The notes beneath the pieces were generated by a model, which was not told the origin of the DNA, did not search any database, and saw only the letters and a program-made list of their open reading frames with translations. Made by a program: the position numbers and the translations under genes. A stretch of DNA of 64,000 nucleotides, taken from NCBI RefSeq assembly GCF_033153115.1, contig NW_026889781.1, positions 7,874,001 to 7,938,000 of the forward strand. Reading direction: 5' to 3'. Origin of the DNA: Saccostrea echinata. Lineage: Eukaryota. This document shows positions 62,364 to 64,000 of the stretch, piece by piece (the first letter of the stretch is position 1; each line of letters begins with the position of its first letter).

Positions 62364-64000
62364 TTCAGAATCTAATAATTCATATTTTGAATGAGGCATA
62401 AAATTTTCAAATATTTTTAATTTACTTTGACATTGTTGGATTGAAATTATAAATGTTGAGTGAATAACGTTGGATTGAAATTATAAATGTTGAGTGAATA
62501 ACGTTTTTCTCAATGAGAGGCTTTTAACAATCCTCACCTTAACTAGTGGGGGGAATTTTAAATCACTGTTCTTCAATGTGATGAATTATTCGATTATACA
62601 ACAAATATCTCGTATAATTCTTATAATTCTGTTTAATGAATGCTTCAGAAATTTGGCATTTAATTTCTAAAGCTTTAAGAACAACAAGTATCCGAAAATC
62701 TAAACACTTACAGTATTCTACAATTGTGGAAACAGTGTTAATAATTTAGCTATGATATTTTAAAATTTTATTTTGCAATGATATTTTCTTTGAAACATGT
62801 CAACTCAAAAAGTTTTCATATACATTTAAGTTCCTTTTCTACCATTGTTTTACTCCAACCAGAGATGCTACAAGATGAATGAACTCCAAAATTTTAATAC
62901 AGAGTGCAATGGTGATACATGCATTTAGTATCACATATTACGTAAGACCCTTCTTTTGAAAAGATCTATATCAAAGATTTACCTTTCATTCAAATAAAAT
63001 ACTTTGACCTTAAATGTGGTCCATCCTGGCCTCGGTACCCATGTTGTAAAGAAAATTGCATCTTTACTGTATGAATTTACTTTAGTGAATGTTGTTTCTT
63101 CTGGTCATATACTTTTGAGTTGACTGTTATTTTTTACTGTACCCTAATTTTATATCTATTAAACATCTCTCCTTAGAAAGGCATCTTGTTTTTCTTTTGA
63201 ATAAACTTAAGGTAGTCCGTCCCTTGGGTTTAGAAAATCTATGTTAAGTAATTGAAATGCTCACAAAAATGTCACTGAATTCACAATCATGTTATATCTT
63301 GAAAGTTCATCATCATGCTAGTTAACCATATCATTCATGTATATTAAGGGAAATTATCAAATTTGTTAATCAAGCTATGAAATATATTTGCAAGATATCA
63401 TAGATCACTTTCAATTTTATATCATGCTAATAAGCATTGGTATCTAAGACAAGTTTACATTTTAAAGAAATTCGATTTCTTTAAAAATGTTATTTTTAGT
63501 ACTATTACGGGGTGCAAACGTCTACTTTTTAAAGGACCGTTTCTAAGATTTCAAAGAACCATGAAACATATGATGATGCGTAAAATGAAAATTGTTGCAC
63601 AAAAAATCTTTTAATTTCAAGCTTCATTTTGAGACTTATTCAATTAAATTTTAGGAGTTACTGTACTTGGCCGAGGAGCGGACATCCTTAAGCTGAATTT
63701 CTAGGTTTATTTATGTCACCTTGGTTGAAATTGATTTTGGAGTGGAAAAAGTGAAAATTTTAGATGGACTTTCAAAAAGGAGATACATGGCAAAGGTTTC
63801 CTGTTGTAAAGAAGTATTCAAATATTTAAATGAGCACTACATTGTTTATTTAGGAGATGGCAACTAACTACCACCAAGATATAACTCCCAATCCATGTGT
63901 ATTTTTTGTGCTTTTATGTTTGCTCGAGATAGTAGGAAGCCACAGGTCTAACGCTACCAGGGTCTTTGAAAAAGTTTGATTTAATTGGCATACATAACCT

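Noticed and set aside
62434-62503. 35-bp direct duplication
   Set aside because: Simple local tandem duplication with no further structure.

Overview
AT-rich, intron-containing animal DNA, most likely an oyster/bivalve (inferred from Helentron/Cg170-type ~166-bp repeat elements and the SINE/MITE landscape). Host genes reconstructed by hand from GT-AG splice sites: the 5' end of a minus-strand gene at the left edge (MGANSSSFN...), a complete class A Hsp40 (DNAJA1-like, 5 coding exons, 400 aa, CaaX end), an unannotated-looking 71-aa single-TM microprotein (minus) head-to-head with MICOS13/QIL1 (119 aa), an 820-aa C2H2 zinc-finger gene (minus), and the first three coding exons of a MATE/SLC47 transporter. 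The two most striking structures are mobile elements. (1) A 13.1-kb TA-flanked transposon with 190-bp TIRs encodes an intact, three-intron DD83E (Sailor-type IS630-Tc1-mariner) transposase with a C-terminal PHD-like finger; it is nested in a MITE in the probable 5'-UTR intron of the zinc-finger gene. (2) A young 2.3-kb retroelement has split direct repeats (A1-gag-PPT-B1-A2-B2), a layout known from tyrosine-recombinase retroelements, yet it carries Gypsy hallmarks (double zinc knuckle, PPT, 4-bp TSD). Also present: a solo LTR, a tRNA-SINE, a decayed Penelope-like RT, Helentron-type elements, many MITEs with 2-9 bp TSDs, and mini/microsatellites. All calls are by eye; no database searches were run.
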